Shown here piece by piece: positions 1 to 9,584 of a DNA stretch of 64,000 nt. The DNA lies in NCBI GenBank assembly GCA_022508565.1, contig JAFLUY010000004.1:47454-111453 (forward strand), read 5' to 3'. This DNA is from Erysipelotrichales bacterium (GTDB lineage Bacteria; Bacillota_I; Bacilli_A; RF39; UBA660). The notes beneath the pieces are model-generated. The model saw only the letters and a program-made list of their open reading frames with translations, had not been told where the DNA came from and did no database searches. Every line of letters starts with the position of its first letter. Position 1 is the stretch's first letter. The translations under genes were made by a program, and so were the position numbers.

Positions 1-404
1 TCAGTTGGTTTTTTCTTATTGTTTTTAACCGAACTTAACATCGAATCTTGTTTAGGATCTGACATGAAAACATTTTCTTGACATGGCTCGGCCATCATAT
101 TTTCCATGTCATTTTCTTCTGGACAAACTAAAATTTGACCTTCTCCTAATTCAAATGGATTTGATATGCCATTTACTTTACAAATGATATCAGCATATTC
201 ATCAGACCCATATATAGCTAATGATATAAGATCTGGTCGAGCAACATATTCTTTAGGTACTTGTACAATTTCTGCTCCAGTCATCGGAATCCATTTAATG
301 GACCTAGAAAGTAAATCAAGGCATTCTACTGTATTAGTACCATCAAAATTTGATCTTTTCTTTACGATGCGTTTTTTATTTAATGTTGTATATGATAGAC
401 TCAT
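1..404 (-). CDS. partial CDS (3' end beyond window) with a LysM-like segment; candidate baseplate/tail protein
   Basis: Minus-strand ATG at 402-404 opens a frame running off the left edge. Translation: MSLSYTTLNKKRIVKK...VQVPKEYVARPDLISLAIYGSDEYADIICKVNGISNPFELGEGQILVCP. The segment resembles LysM (helix, N-G-[IL]-S-N-P, then G-Q-x-L-x-[IV]-P). It is absent from the ORF track because no stop lies in the window. Confidence 0.45.
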   Translation of the reverse strand, partial: MSLSYTTLNKKRIVKKRSNFDGTNTVECLDLLSRSIKWIPMTGAEIVQVPKEYVARPDLISLAIYGSDEYADIICKVNGISNPFELGEGQILVCPEENDMENMMAEPCQENVFMSDPKQDSMLSSVKNNKKKPT

Positions 405-417
405 ATTATTATATTGT

Positions 418-885
418 TTATATTATAATCAAAAATAAATTTAAAATTGAAAATATTTCTACCCAAAAGACCCATGATTTTTTATAGATTAAAATGCAAC
501 AAAGCATAAGAATTATTGAAATTATGAAATTTACATAATAATGATTCAATATTATCCATAAATTAGAGCATAACGCCGATATCACACCGCCAATATAATG
601 AAGTTTTCTTTGAAATGATTCATCTTTAAATAGCGGAGTAGACCCAGCGGCGAATAGTCCAGCAATACTTAAGAATCCAAGAAATTCAAATTTCCCAAAT
701 GATAACCAAGGATAGAAAAGAAGTAGTCCGGTAATGAAGCAAAAACATGTAAATGGATTTATTTTATAATTCCAATAATATGATGTTTCTGATAGAGAAC
801 CAGGGATTCTCTTCTTATAGCTTATTGCAAATGTACAATAAGAAATCATCAAGATTATTAAGATTATTATTAAAGCTGTTGTCAT
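418..885 (-). CDS. predicted integral membrane protein (about 4 TM helices)
   Basis: 155 aa with four long hydrophobic stretches (IIILIILMISYCTFAI, FCFITGLLLFYPWL, LGFLSIAGLFAAG, IISIILMLCCILIY). Its ATG start is 2 nt from the upstream gene's stop. Confidence 0.5.
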   Translation of the reverse strand: MTTALIIILIILMISYCTFAISYKKRIPGSLSETSYYWNYKINPFTCFCFITGLLLFYPWLSFGKFEFLGFLSIAGLFAAGSTPLFKDESFQRKLHYIGGVISALCSNLWIILNHYYVNFIISIILMLCCILIYKKSWVFWVEIFSILNLFLIII

Positions 886-887
886 AA

Positions 888-1868
888 TTATTTTATGCGA
901 ATGAAAGCTCTGACAGAAACCGATTTTGATTTTATTTGATAAAAAGCATCATCTCGGTTAATTGAAAACCGAATTACTCTTGCATAAGTTGAACTTTCTT
1001 CAGTAGAAGAAAGTAAATTTTCATTTGTTTCTGCTAAAAGTTTAATAATAATATTTTCTTGATCAAGATCTTTTAAATATAATAAAGAACTATTAATTAT
1101 TTTTCTCCTCGGTACAACATATCCTAATTCACCACATCCTGGAAGATACCATTCTCCTTGTTTTGATCCTTCTGGACAAAATCTCCAACAACAACATGCA
1201 GCTGGAGTATATCCGGTTTGATAATTATTTAATATATTGTCATCTATTTTCCAGGTTGTTTGCTGTTTAAATAAATTTATTAAAATATTTGTATTATTTA
1301 TTCCATCAAAATCTGATAATGCATTTAATGAATAACTAGTAGGTTGATAATATTCTTTTGATCTTGATATTCCATCGGCGTCATAAGGAGAATATCCAAA
1401 TTTAGTAACTGATATAGAATTATGAAACCAAGATAAAGGGTCGTTAGATGCGAAATATTCATTATTTAAAATTAAATCATCAGTAGGTAAATAAACCAAA
1501 CGGTCTTCGGTTCTTGGTCCTTTTGTTCGTTCATGATTTGCTAATATAGTATCTACATTATACATACCATAACAAATATTATTATTTTCTATTCCTCCAT
1601 CATTTGGTGTATCGCAACTCATGTTTACTAAACTCATTGCTCCGGCTTCCCCAGTTCCATAAACGTCATGTGAACTCGGTATGACTATAACAGCTAATGG
1701 ATTATATCGAGATATTGGGAATTTTTCAGCTGGATTATTTATATCAATAACTATTTTCTTATCCTCTTCCCTATCATAAAGAACTATATTTCCAACGTCA
1801 TAATTGCTCGTTTTAATAGTTCCTGTCAAACAAGGCCCATTTTCAACCATTAAAGATCTGCGTCTCAT
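888..1868 (-). CDS. hypothetical virion-associated protein with a Cys-cluster motif
   Basis: 326 aa. Contains TPAACCCWRFCPEGSKQGEWYLPGCGEL, loosely reminiscent of the W-R/H-x-P core seen in the FISUMP-like domains elsewhere in this window. The start overlaps the upstream stop by 4 nt (ATGA-type coupling). Confidence 0.55.
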   Translation of the reverse strand: MRRRSLMVENGPCLTGTIKTSNYDVGNIVLYDREEDKKIVIDINNPAEKFPISRYNPLAVIVIPSSHDVYGTGEAGAMSLVNMSCDTPNDGGIENNNICYGMYNVDTILANHERTKGPRTEDRLVYLPTDDLILNNEYFASNDPLSWFHNSISVTKFGYSPYDADGISRSKEYYQPTSYSLNALSDFDGINNTNILINLFKQQTTWKIDDNILNNYQTGYTPAACCCWRFCPEGSKQGEWYLPGCGELGYVVPRRKIINSSLLYLKDLDQENIIIKLLAETNENLLSSTEESSTYARVIRFSINRDDAFYQIKSKSVSVRAFIRIK

Positions 1869-2863
1869 ATTAAATCAAAATTCAATTTTTCTGGGTAGCC
1901 AGTTTTATAATCATAATTATCAACTTCTTCAATCGTTTCTAAAGATTCCACATTTAGCTTATGTTGTTTAGTTATGATAAAGCATTGATCAGCATATAAT
2001 TGAAGAGCAGCTAACATCATTTCGCCTTTTTCTGGTTCAATATTAAGCATGTTGTCACCGACGTAGAAAGATAGCTCTTTGACGCCAAATATCTTTGCAG
2101 ATTCAATAGATTGCTTATAATTCAAACGTTCTTGAACACTAAACCAAGCAGATAACATATTGTTTATCGTAAATGAGTTTACATTCTCACTAACATCATA
2201 TTCATCAATCTTCCAAATCATTTCTCTCTTAGCATCTTCAAGAGTTCTTTCTGGGGCAGTAGGTTCAGGAGTAATTTCCATATTCCAGACTTCAGATAGT
2301 GAAGCATTTGGATTTTTCTTCTTAAACGCCAACTGTTTTTTAGAAAGCTTTACCCATTTATTATCTAAATAATCTTCCCAAGTCGTTCCTAAATTATCAA
2401 ATAAAGATTCATCTAAATCGAAATCAAATTCAATATAATGTATAGGGATACCCCTTTTTATATATGTTGAATATGTTTTCAATTTCATTACCAAAACTTC
2501 TTCTACATCTGCTTTCGGCTTATCTTCATGGAATTTTGCTTGATCTTCAGAAAGAAGTACATATTTTCCATCTAAATAATCATTCCATGTGTCTCCGATT
2601 AAATATTCAGATGGATCTAAAGGAAATTCAGTACTCATATAAATTTCTTCTAAATCTTTCTGAATATAAGTCAGATTTGATCTAAGAGTCATTCTCCAGA
2701 TTTCTTCAATATCAGCTTCTGGATTATCTTCATGGAATTTAATCTGATCTTCAGAAAGCTCTACATATTTTCCATCCAAATAATCATTCCATGTTTCGCC
2801 GACATTTTCTGTCAAGTTTTCATCGAATGATAATATTTCATTATTATATATGTAAGTTATCAT
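1865..2863 (-). CDS. hypothetical protein with three tandem ~60-aa internal repeats
   Basis: Repeats: ETWNDYLDGKYVELSEDQIKFHEDNPEADIEEIWRM, DTWNDYLDGKYVLLSEDQAKFHEDKPKADVEEVLVM and TTWEDYLDNKWVKLSKKQLAFKKKNPNASLSEVWNM. The DNA is also visibly repeated (2300-2840). Confidence 0.6.
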   Translation of the reverse strand: MITYIYNNEILSFDENLTENVGETWNDYLDGKYVELSEDQIKFHEDNPEADIEEIWRMTLRSNLTYIQKDLEEIYMSTEFPLDPSEYLIGDTWNDYLDGKYVLLSEDQAKFHEDKPKADVEEVLVMKLKTYSTYIKRGIPIHYIEFDFDLDESLFDNLGTTWEDYLDNKWVKLSKKQLAFKKKNPNASLSEVWNMEITPEPTAPERTLEDAKREMIWKIDEYDVSENVNSFTINNMLSAWFSVQERLNYKQSIESAKIFGVKELSFYVGDNMLNIEPEKGEMMLAALQLYADQCFIITKQHKLNVESLETIEEVDNYDYKTGYPEKLNFDLI

Positions 2864-2885
2864 AGTTGTTGTTTAAAAGGTATTT

Positions 2886-5800
2886 TTAAGAAGTTTTGAC
2901 AAAATAAATTTTTGCGTCGTTCGAATATAAATCTTTATTTTGGAATGCGAGTATATTCAATTCAGCATATCCAGTTGCCGGAACTGTAAGAGAAGTATTT
3001 CCATCAGTTGCTATAACTTGGTAACGCGCATTAGTGATATATGTAGGAATTGTTATCACTTTATCAGCAGAAGTTGAATTATAAAATATTATATGTAATT
3101 CTTCTCCGGCCGGAAGAGATCTTATACTTAATGTCCAGTTTACTGAAATAACTGCATATACAAGTTGTTTATTTGAGGGCACTACAGCTGTTGACGAAGA
3201 TATAGTAAAAGCGCTATCTGCTATTCCTTTTCTAGCTCCTGGGTCTATAAATTGAGAGAGATTTCCAGATTCATCATTGGCGAAATTAGTTGTATATTCT
3301 TGTGCCGTTATACTAGGATTTAATCGCAAAACCGGATATGTTGACGATACAGTACCGGTACGATTTTGATAAGTAGATGGTTTTGAACCTCCATGAACTC
3401 CTGAATGAATATGTATATTTGCGACATAATAACTTGGCGTAGTTGATTGGGTACTACTATTAAATAATGCAATATTAGATACTCCAGGATCTATTATTAC
3501 ATTTGTTACATAATTTTCAGGCGTTACGGTAACTGCATCATTAGTGTATTCATAATTATATGAAGATTGCTTACCGAATAATATGTTTGATGAATCATTA
3601 ATTATATTGTGTGAACAATAATCTCCACATTTAAAGTTTTCGCTATTGATTATTCGATTGCTTACGCAACTATTTCCTAAATCAATATTTATTACACTAT
3701 CAAAAATATTTCCTGAACAAGTTGAACCAGTAGTCAATCTTCTAATGTTTTTTACAAAATGATTATTCTGATTTACTGATCCTAATGTCAAATTAGTAAT
3801 AAATTGACCAAAAATATTATACATACAATTATTACTGATAACATTGTTTGACATATATATTCCTATGGTATTATATGAAAATCCATTACCAAGAGTATTA
3901 TTCCCGAATGCTTTTCCTATTGCATTACGGGTACAAGTATAGCCAAATGTATTTTGAATGCAATAATTTTCTAAAGAATTATATTTAAATCCATATCCAA
4001 ATATATTATTGTAACAATTAATACCAAATAAATTTCCTTCAGCTCCGTATTCAAACGTAAAATTATAGCAATTGTAATCAAATGTATTTTCGAGATATGA
4101 ACTATTTGTATTACCGCCAATAAAGCAAATATTATTTAAGTAATATTTACCATCTATCATACAAGGTTTTATTATATTATTAAAAGCTCCCGAATTTTTA
4201 TTAGTATAATAACTTACTGTAATATCTCCGTATGATGTTGATGTAATTGTATAGTTGTCAAATGTATAGCAAACACGTGTATATGTATTATCTGTACCAG
4301 TAAAATCCATATATTTATTTACTGTTGAATTTCTCCAACGCCTAAATGTGATATTTTTAAAATCATAAGGAACATCATTTCCAAATTCATCAATCATTCT
4401 ATAAATTATACCTCTACCAACTTGAGTATTCGCCCATGTATATGTTTCGGTATCATTATCTAATTTATACCATATTTTCCATGCTCCTAAGTTACAATTT
4501 TTAAAATAAGTATCTCCTTCATGATGCATTGCACGAGCTTCTTCACTAAGAGTATTTTCATTAAGCGCTTGAACAACTATATCAAATCTATTTTTGAGAG
4601 TTTGTGCTCCAGTATATGATACACCATTAATTGTCCAAGAAATATTATATACTGATGTTCCATAATCCGTTATTCTATATAACATACCTCCGACAAGTTT
4701 TCCTTCGTCGCGTAAGTTCTTGAGTTCTTCCCAAGTTACACTAATCATCTTCGGAAGATTCTTCTGGAGATTTATCATCGGTTTTTCATAGAATTCTCCG
4801 GAAGCTGATGTATCCGATACATAGATATCACCACCTCTTCTTACTTCGAAAGCGTTATGTCTTCCGGCTTCTTCTGGAATACTTGAAATAGTCAAAGTAA
4901 TATATTCTGCAGAATTTCCGAATTCGTCATTGTCTGATATGCAATATAGTGTAACTTTTGCAGAATTGGTACTATTATTTACATTGATTTTAGCAATAAA
5001 TCCCATTCTTGTATCTTCGGAAACTCTTTCTAATTCTGGGAAGTCGTGTTCTAAATCACTTCCATAAGTATATAAGCAATAAATATTAGTATCTTCTAAA
5101 AGTTTAGTCTTAACTTTAGTTATTGCATTGTCTCCAATTGTGATATTATAACCAATGATATTTTCAAAATTAATTGGATTTTCTAAAGTTACTGATGTGA
5201 TATATGCTCTAACATATAAATTCTTACCAGAAACTGGATCATGAAGATAACTACCGGTCGTTGTTAAAGTACAATTTCCGTCGATCAATATTTCAGTATC
5301 TGGAACATCTACATCAGGTAAACCATTACCAATAGTGAATATTGTTGATTCTGGATCAAATTTGTTTTCAATATCTGAATCATATCCATTATCATCGTCA
5401 TATCCATCATCACTGGCTTTCGGGGTTCCGTCTGAATTAAGCGCTTGACGGCTTAAGTTATATATTCCAGAAGCATGTTCAGCTTCATTATAAGTCTTAT
5501 TATATAACCCTTCAGCATGTGATGAATGACCTAAAGCAATATTTTCTGTTCCTTCGGCATGTGAAGATATTCCTTCGGCCTCAGTATTTGTTCCTTCAGC
5601 ATGCGATGCATATCCTCTGGCGGTTGTTGATTCTCCTTCGGCATGTGAAGCATAATCTAAAGCGATAGTTGAAAAACCTTCAGCATGTGAATAATTTGCT
5701 TGAGTATTAGTATATCCACCTTCAGTATGTGAGCCGCGTCCTGAAGCAATTGTGTATTCACCTTCAGCATGACTTGAATTTGGGGTACCTATATGTTCAG

Positions 5801-8800
5801 GATTTTGATTACTTGATTCTAATCCAGATATATTATTCAAACCTTCAACAAATGAATAATTTGAAAGAGCTTTATTATTTGAACCCGTAGCAAATGAATA
5901 TTCTCCATAAGCTTCGACGTTTTCACCAATAGCAATAGATCCTGTTCTTGTTGCCGTTGAAGATTTTCCGTGAGCAAATGAAAAATCTCCAGTAGCTGAG
6001 CTTGTACCACTAGCTATAGAATTGCTTCCGCTTGCTGTTGCTTCTTCTGTATGAATTCCGCCATCTTCTTCGTTTATCCACCCACAATCAAGTCCAGGGA
6101 TAGTCAAATCTAAAGCGTAAGTATTAGTTGTTGCATTTGTTTGTCTTATGTTAGCACTAGCAGGAGTTCCGCTAGATACTGTTCCAATTTCCATTTTTGG
6201 TGAAATTCCAGGATCTCCTTTTGCTCCAGGTTCACCTTTAAGTTTACTAAAATTAAACGTTAAGTTTTTTGCTTGATTTGTTCCGCTTGGAGTTACGGTA
6301 ACTGATGGGGTACCGACTAATGCATCGATATTTGCAGTTATTGTACCGAATCCAGCATCTTTACCATCATTACCATTAGTACCATTTGTTCCATCTTTAC
6401 CAGGTGTTCCGGGATCTCCCTTAGGACCTTTTATGTTTTTAGTGACAGGCGCTGTCGAGGAATTCTTAGTCCAAGTCAATTCTCCCGCATCGGATACCGA
6501 AGGAACCCAAGTATCACCAACTTCACCTTTATCGCCAGTTTCTCCCTTAAGATAATCAAATGTAATAGTTGTCTTATTTCCGGAAGTTTGCGGAGTTACT
6601 GTTACGGTACCGGTCTTATTGATATTTGATCCGGATTTTACTTCGACGGTTGGCGTTACGCCGTCATCACCTTTCGCTCCCTGATCACCTTTCTCACCTT
6701 GATCTCCTTTAGGACCTTTTATATTTTTAGCTACCGGAGTTGTTGATGAATTCTTTGCCCAAGACAATTCACCGTCATCTGATACAGAAGGAACCCAAGT
6801 ATCACCATCTTTACCGTTAGTACCGTCTTTACCTGGAGCTCCTTCGTCACCCTTATCTCCTTTGTCGCCTTTAGGAAGAGTCAAATCTAAAGAATAAGTA
6901 TTTGTTGAGACATTAGATAATCTCACATCAGCCAAAGCGGTTGTTCCACTGGAAACTGTACCGATTTGCATCTTAGCAGAATCGCCAGCCGCTCCGGTAT
7001 CACCTTTGGCGCCGGCTTCACCAGTTTCACCCTTATCACCTTTAGCACCTTTGAGATTTGAAAAATTAAAATTCAAAGTTTTTGCAAGATTCGTTCCTCC
7101 TTCGGTAACAGTTACCGAGGGATTTCCTGATTCGTCTCCTGAGTATTCTGCAGTAACTCTAATCAATTCTGCATTTTCTCCATCATCACCTTTGTCGCCT
7201 TTATTTCCTTGATCTCCTTTAGGACCTTTAAGATTATGGAAATCTAATGTGATAGTCTTTCCATCATTAGGACCAGTGACTGTACCTGTAGCAGATGGAA
7301 CTCCTGTATTGTCATCTACATTAATGATAATGTTTGTTATATCAGCGTTTTGTCCGGGGTCTCCTTTAGGACCTTTGACTTCACCGCCATCTGTAAATGT
7401 ACTTCCATTATACACCCAGATGTGTCCTGTGGTTGTATCTATATAAGCATCACCAACATTTGTACATTCGGCTTGTGAAGATTTAACACTTATACCCGTA
7501 CCATCTTCACCTTTATCTCCTTTTTCTCCTTTTATTCCAGAGAAATTGAAAGTGATATTTTTTGCAGTATTTGCTCCATCGGAATTTACCGTGACCGCTG
7601 GTGTGCCTATTGAATTATCTATAGTTGCTTTAATAGTACCGAATCCAGCATCTTTACCATCGTTACCAGCAGGACCTTGTATACCTTGTTCGCCTTTTAG
7701 ATTATGAAAAGCGATATTGAATTCTCTTTGAGTTGATGTACCAGATCTAGTTATTTCTACAGAAGGTTCTCCAACATTTGCATCTATCGTAGCTCTAATT
7801 TCTGCAATATCTGCTGCAGCGCCATCTGCTCCGTCTTTTCCGGGAGCTCCTTCATCACCTTTATCTCCTTTGTCACCTTTGTCACCTTTATCTCCTTTTA
7901 GGTTTGAAAATTTAAATGATATGGTTTTTGAATCGTTAGGACCAGAAATACTCGATTCTACTCTAGGTTCTCCTTCATCTTCAATCAATTCAGTTGAAAT
8001 CGATACGATATTAGCGTTTTGTCCAGGATCTCCCTTAGGGCCTTGTGGTCCAGATTCTCCTTTAAGATAATCAAAAGTAAATACAGTCTTATTATCTACC
8101 TTTTCTGAAGTTACAGTAGGAGTTCCTACTTTATCTATATTAGATCCAGAATTTGCTTCAATGTTTACTGGAATATCTTCTAAAATATTATTGATTTCAG
8201 TTTTATTATATACATCTTCTTTATTAGCATATACATCTTGTTCACCATATATAGGGAAGAAGAAATTAGCTATTTTTGGATTAGCTGTTCTATATTGTTC
8301 AAGAAGGTTTTCTGGAACATAAATTTTTAGATTTGATTTAGGTTTGCCGTCATACAATATTTTTCTTTCTTGTTCGGCTACTGAACCTGGTACAGTATTA
8401 TCTACCTTTAAAATCCAAGTTTGAATCTTATCATAATTAGTTATTAAGGTCTTACTACTAAATATTACCTCCTCTAATCTTGCAGGTAATGGGAATCTCA
8501 CATCATTAAAGAATGTTGACTTACTTTCAATCTTTCTTGGATATAGATAATATACTCCACTATTTATTTGAGTTAAAGTAGATGGGATTGTTATTTTATT
8601 TATCGTTTTATTTACAGAAAGTGGCCAGTTTGTCATCGTGATCATTCCTTCTGGAATATCAAAAACGTCAAAATTACACCTATGAAATATTTCTGACCCT
8701 ATAAATGACTTTACTTTATTTAAATTTATTGTATGTAAATTTGAACAACCATCAAAAGCGGCTCCTTTAATTGTTTGCACACTATCAGGTAATTCAATAG

Positions 8801-9584
8801 TCGTTAAAGATTTACAATTTTCAAAACCGAATTCATTAATGACATTTACTTTGTTCGGTATAGTTATATTCAATAATGAAGTACAAGTACCAAATAAACA
8901 TTCTTCAATAGACGTCAAATTTTCAGGTAATGTACATGTAGTAAGCGAAACACAATCACATAAAGCATAACCGCCAATAGATTTTACAGACTGTGGGAAA
9001 ATTATACTTGTTAATGATGAATCTGCTTGAAAACATCCTCCACCAATTGTTTCAATACCGTCATATAAGATGATGTCTCTGAGATTCTTACATTTAGTTA
9101 CAGCATCATTACCAATTATTTTGAAAGACCCTGAAATTTCTATAGACTTAAGATTGTCTTTGTTTTGTATAAAATTATCAGGAATATTTTCTGAATTAAG
9201 TTGAATTATGCCAAAACCACGTTCAGGATAATAAACATTAGATTCGATAACAGAATTATTCAACTCTAAAACTTCATTATCGAAAGTCACATATTTTATT
9301 TGACCATCTTCGATACCGTTTTTAAAGTTTTTGTAATTATTAAATTCAGTAGCTAATTCTTCTACATTCTTATCGACTTCATCGATTTTACCTGACAACT
9401 CTGTATCATCATAAGCATTATTTTCAATACTTTTCAACTTTTCAGATATTACTTTTTGTGAAATAGTACCTGTAGTTGAATTGCCTAATTCTTGAAAGAC
9501 TTCTGGAGTAGTTACATTAAATACTCCAATATTTTGTTTTTTACCGTCTTTGTCTAGATATTTTAATTGCTTCATTTTAATCAT
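2886..9584 (-). CDS. giant (2232 aa) chimeric tail-fibre/adhesin-like protein: BspA-type leucine-rich repeats + interrupted collagen-like G-X-Y segments + [ST]HAEG 14-mer repeats + Cys-patterned octapeptide repeats
   Basis: Uninterrupted 6.7-kb ORF. Residues ~110-300 carry repeated 'F..C.sLtsI.lP.sv..Ig..aF..C..L' units (LRR_5/BspA-like). From ~520-1135 there are multiple G-X-Y runs (GPKGDPGQ, KGDKGDKGDKGDEGAPGKDGADG, KGPKGDQGEKGDQGAKGDDG), each preceded by an F/N-x-F-x-x-LKG box. From ~1180-1380 come YSHAEG/SSHAEG 14-residue repeats. At ~1560 lies the module AGRHNAFEVRRGGDIYVSDT, which is shared with the 1164-aa paralogue. At ~1650-1720 lies the module GIIYRMIDEFGNDVPYDFKNI, which is shared with the 598-aa protein. 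At ~1790-1960 come the NCYNNIFG / YCIQNTFG / CMYNIFG octapeptide repeats. Confidence 0.85.
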   Translation of the reverse strand: MIKMKQLKYLDKDGKKQNIGVFNVTTPEVFQELGNSTTGTISQKVISEKLKSIENNAYDDTELSGKIDEVDKNVEELATEFNNYKNFKNGIEDGQIKYVTFDNEVLELNNSVIESNVYYPERGFGIIQLNSENIPDNFIQNKDNLKSIEISGSFKIIGNDAVTKCKNLRDIILYDGIETIGGGCFQADSSLTSIIFPQSVKSIGGYALCDCVSLTTCTLPENLTSIEECLFGTCTSLLNITIPNKVNVINEFGFENCKSLTTIELPDSVQTIKGAAFDGCSNLHTINLNKVKSFIGSEIFHRCNFDVFDIPEGMITMTNWPLSVNKTINKITIPSTLTQINSGVYYLYPRKIESKSTFFNDVRFPLPARLEEVIFSSKTLITNYDKIQTWILKVDNTVPGSVAEQERKILYDGKPKSNLKIYVPENLLEQYRTANPKIANFFFPIYGEQDVYANKEDVYNKTEINNILEDIPVNIEANSGSNIDKVGTPTVTSEKVDNKTVFTFDYLKGESGPQGPKGDPGQNANIVSISTELIEDEGEPRVESSISGPNDSKTISFKFSNLKGDKGDKGDKGDKGDEGAPGKDGADGAAADIAEIRATIDANVGEPSVEITRSGTSTQREFNIAFHNLKGEQGIQGPAGNDGKDAGFGTIKATIDNSIGTPAVTVNSDGANTAKNITFNFSGIKGEKGDKGEDGTGISVKSSQAECTNVGDAYIDTTTGHIWVYNGSTFTDGGEVKGPKGDPGQNADITNIIINVDDNTGVPSATGTVTGPNDGKTITLDFHNLKGPKGDQGNKGDKGDDGENAELIRVTAEYSGDESGNPSVTVTEGGTNLAKTLNFNFSNLKGAKGDKGETGEAGAKGDTGAAGDSAKMQIGTVSSGTTALADVRLSNVSTNTYSLDLTLPKGDKGDKGDEGAPGKDGTNGKDGDTWVPSVSDDGELSWAKNSSTTPVAKNIKGPKGDQGEKGDQGAKGDDGVTPTVEVKSGSNINKTGTVTVTPQTSGNKTTITFDYLKGETGDKGEVGDTWVPSVSDAGELTWTKNSSTAPVTKNIKGPKGDPGTPGKDGTNGTNGNDGKDAGFGTITANIDALVGTPSVTVTPSGTNQAKNLTFNFSKLKGEPGAKGDPGISPKMEIGTVSSGTPASANIRQTNATTNTYALDLTIPGLDCGWINEEDGGIHTEEATASGSNSIASGTSSATGDFSFAHGKSSTATRTGSIAIGENVEAYGEYSFATGSNNKALSNYSFVEGLNNISGLESSNQNPEHIGTPNSSHAEGEYTIASGRGSHTEGGYTNTQANYSHAEGFSTIALDYASHAEGESTTARGYASHAEGTNTEAEGISSHAEGTENIALGHSSHAEGLYNKTYNEAEHASGIYNLSRQALNSDGTPKASDDGYDDDNGYDSDIENKFDPESTIFTIGNGLPDVDVPDTEILIDGNCTLTTTGSYLHDPVSGKNLYVRAYITSVTLENPINFENIIGYNITIGDNAITKVKTKLLEDTNIYCLYTYGSDLEHDFPELERVSEDTRMGFIAKINVNNSTNSAKVTLYCISDNDEFGNSAEYITLTISSIPEEAGRHNAFEVRRGGDIYVSDTSASGEFYEKPMINLQKNLPKMISVTWEELKNLRDEGKLVGGMLYRITDYGTSVYNISWTINGVSYTGAQTLKNRFDIVVQALNENTLSEEARAMHHEGDTYFKNCNLGAWKIWYKLDNDTETYTWANTQVGRGIIYRMIDEFGNDVPYDFKNITFRRWRNSTVNKYMDFTGTDNTYTRVCYTFDNYTITSTSYGDITVSYYTNKNSGAFNNIIKPCMIDGKYYLNNICFIGGNTNSSYLENTFDYNCYNFTFEYGAEGNLFGINCYNNIFGYGFKYNSLENYCIQNTFGYTCTRNAIGKAFGNNTLGNGFSYNTIGIYMSNNVISNNCMYNIFGQFITNLTLGSVNQNNHFVKNIRRLTTGSTCSGNIFDSVINIDLGNSCVSNRIINSENFKCGDYCSHNIINDSSNILFGKQSSYNYEYTNDAVTVTPENYVTNVIIDPGVSNIALFNSSTQSTTPSYYVANIHIHSGVHGGSKPSTYQNRTGTVSSTYPVLRLNPSITAQEYTTNFANDESGNLSQFIDPGARKGIADSAFTISSSTAVVPSNKQLVYAVISVNWTLSIRSLPAGEELHIIFYNSTSADKVITIPTYITNARYQVIATDGNTSLTVPATGYAELNILAFQNKDLYSNDAKIYFVKTS
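6180..8060 (-). repeat. coding tandem repeats: interrupted collagen-like (G-X-Y)n modules inside the 2232-aa gene
   Basis: Repeated GGTCC/GGACC-rich and AAAGGTGACAAAGGTGA-type DNA (e.g. 7860-7900 encodes KGDKGDKGDKGD). At least eight G-X-Y blocks of 4-10 triplets are separated by ~60-100-aa non-collagen spacers. Confidence 0.8.

Noticed and set aside
166-438. Plus-strand 90-aa ORF from the track
   Set aside because: It lies antisense to a longer open-ended minus-strand frame with a LysM-like motif and has no recognisable features. It is most likely a shadow ORF.
7006-8070. Three short plus-strand ORFs (7006..7212, 7249..7446, 7870..8070) rich in Pro/Ser/Leu
   Set aside because: They are antisense reading frames of the collagen-like (GGT/GGA-rich) repeats of the 2232-aa gene. 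Their low complexity is the mirror image of the G-X-Y coding. There is no independent start context.
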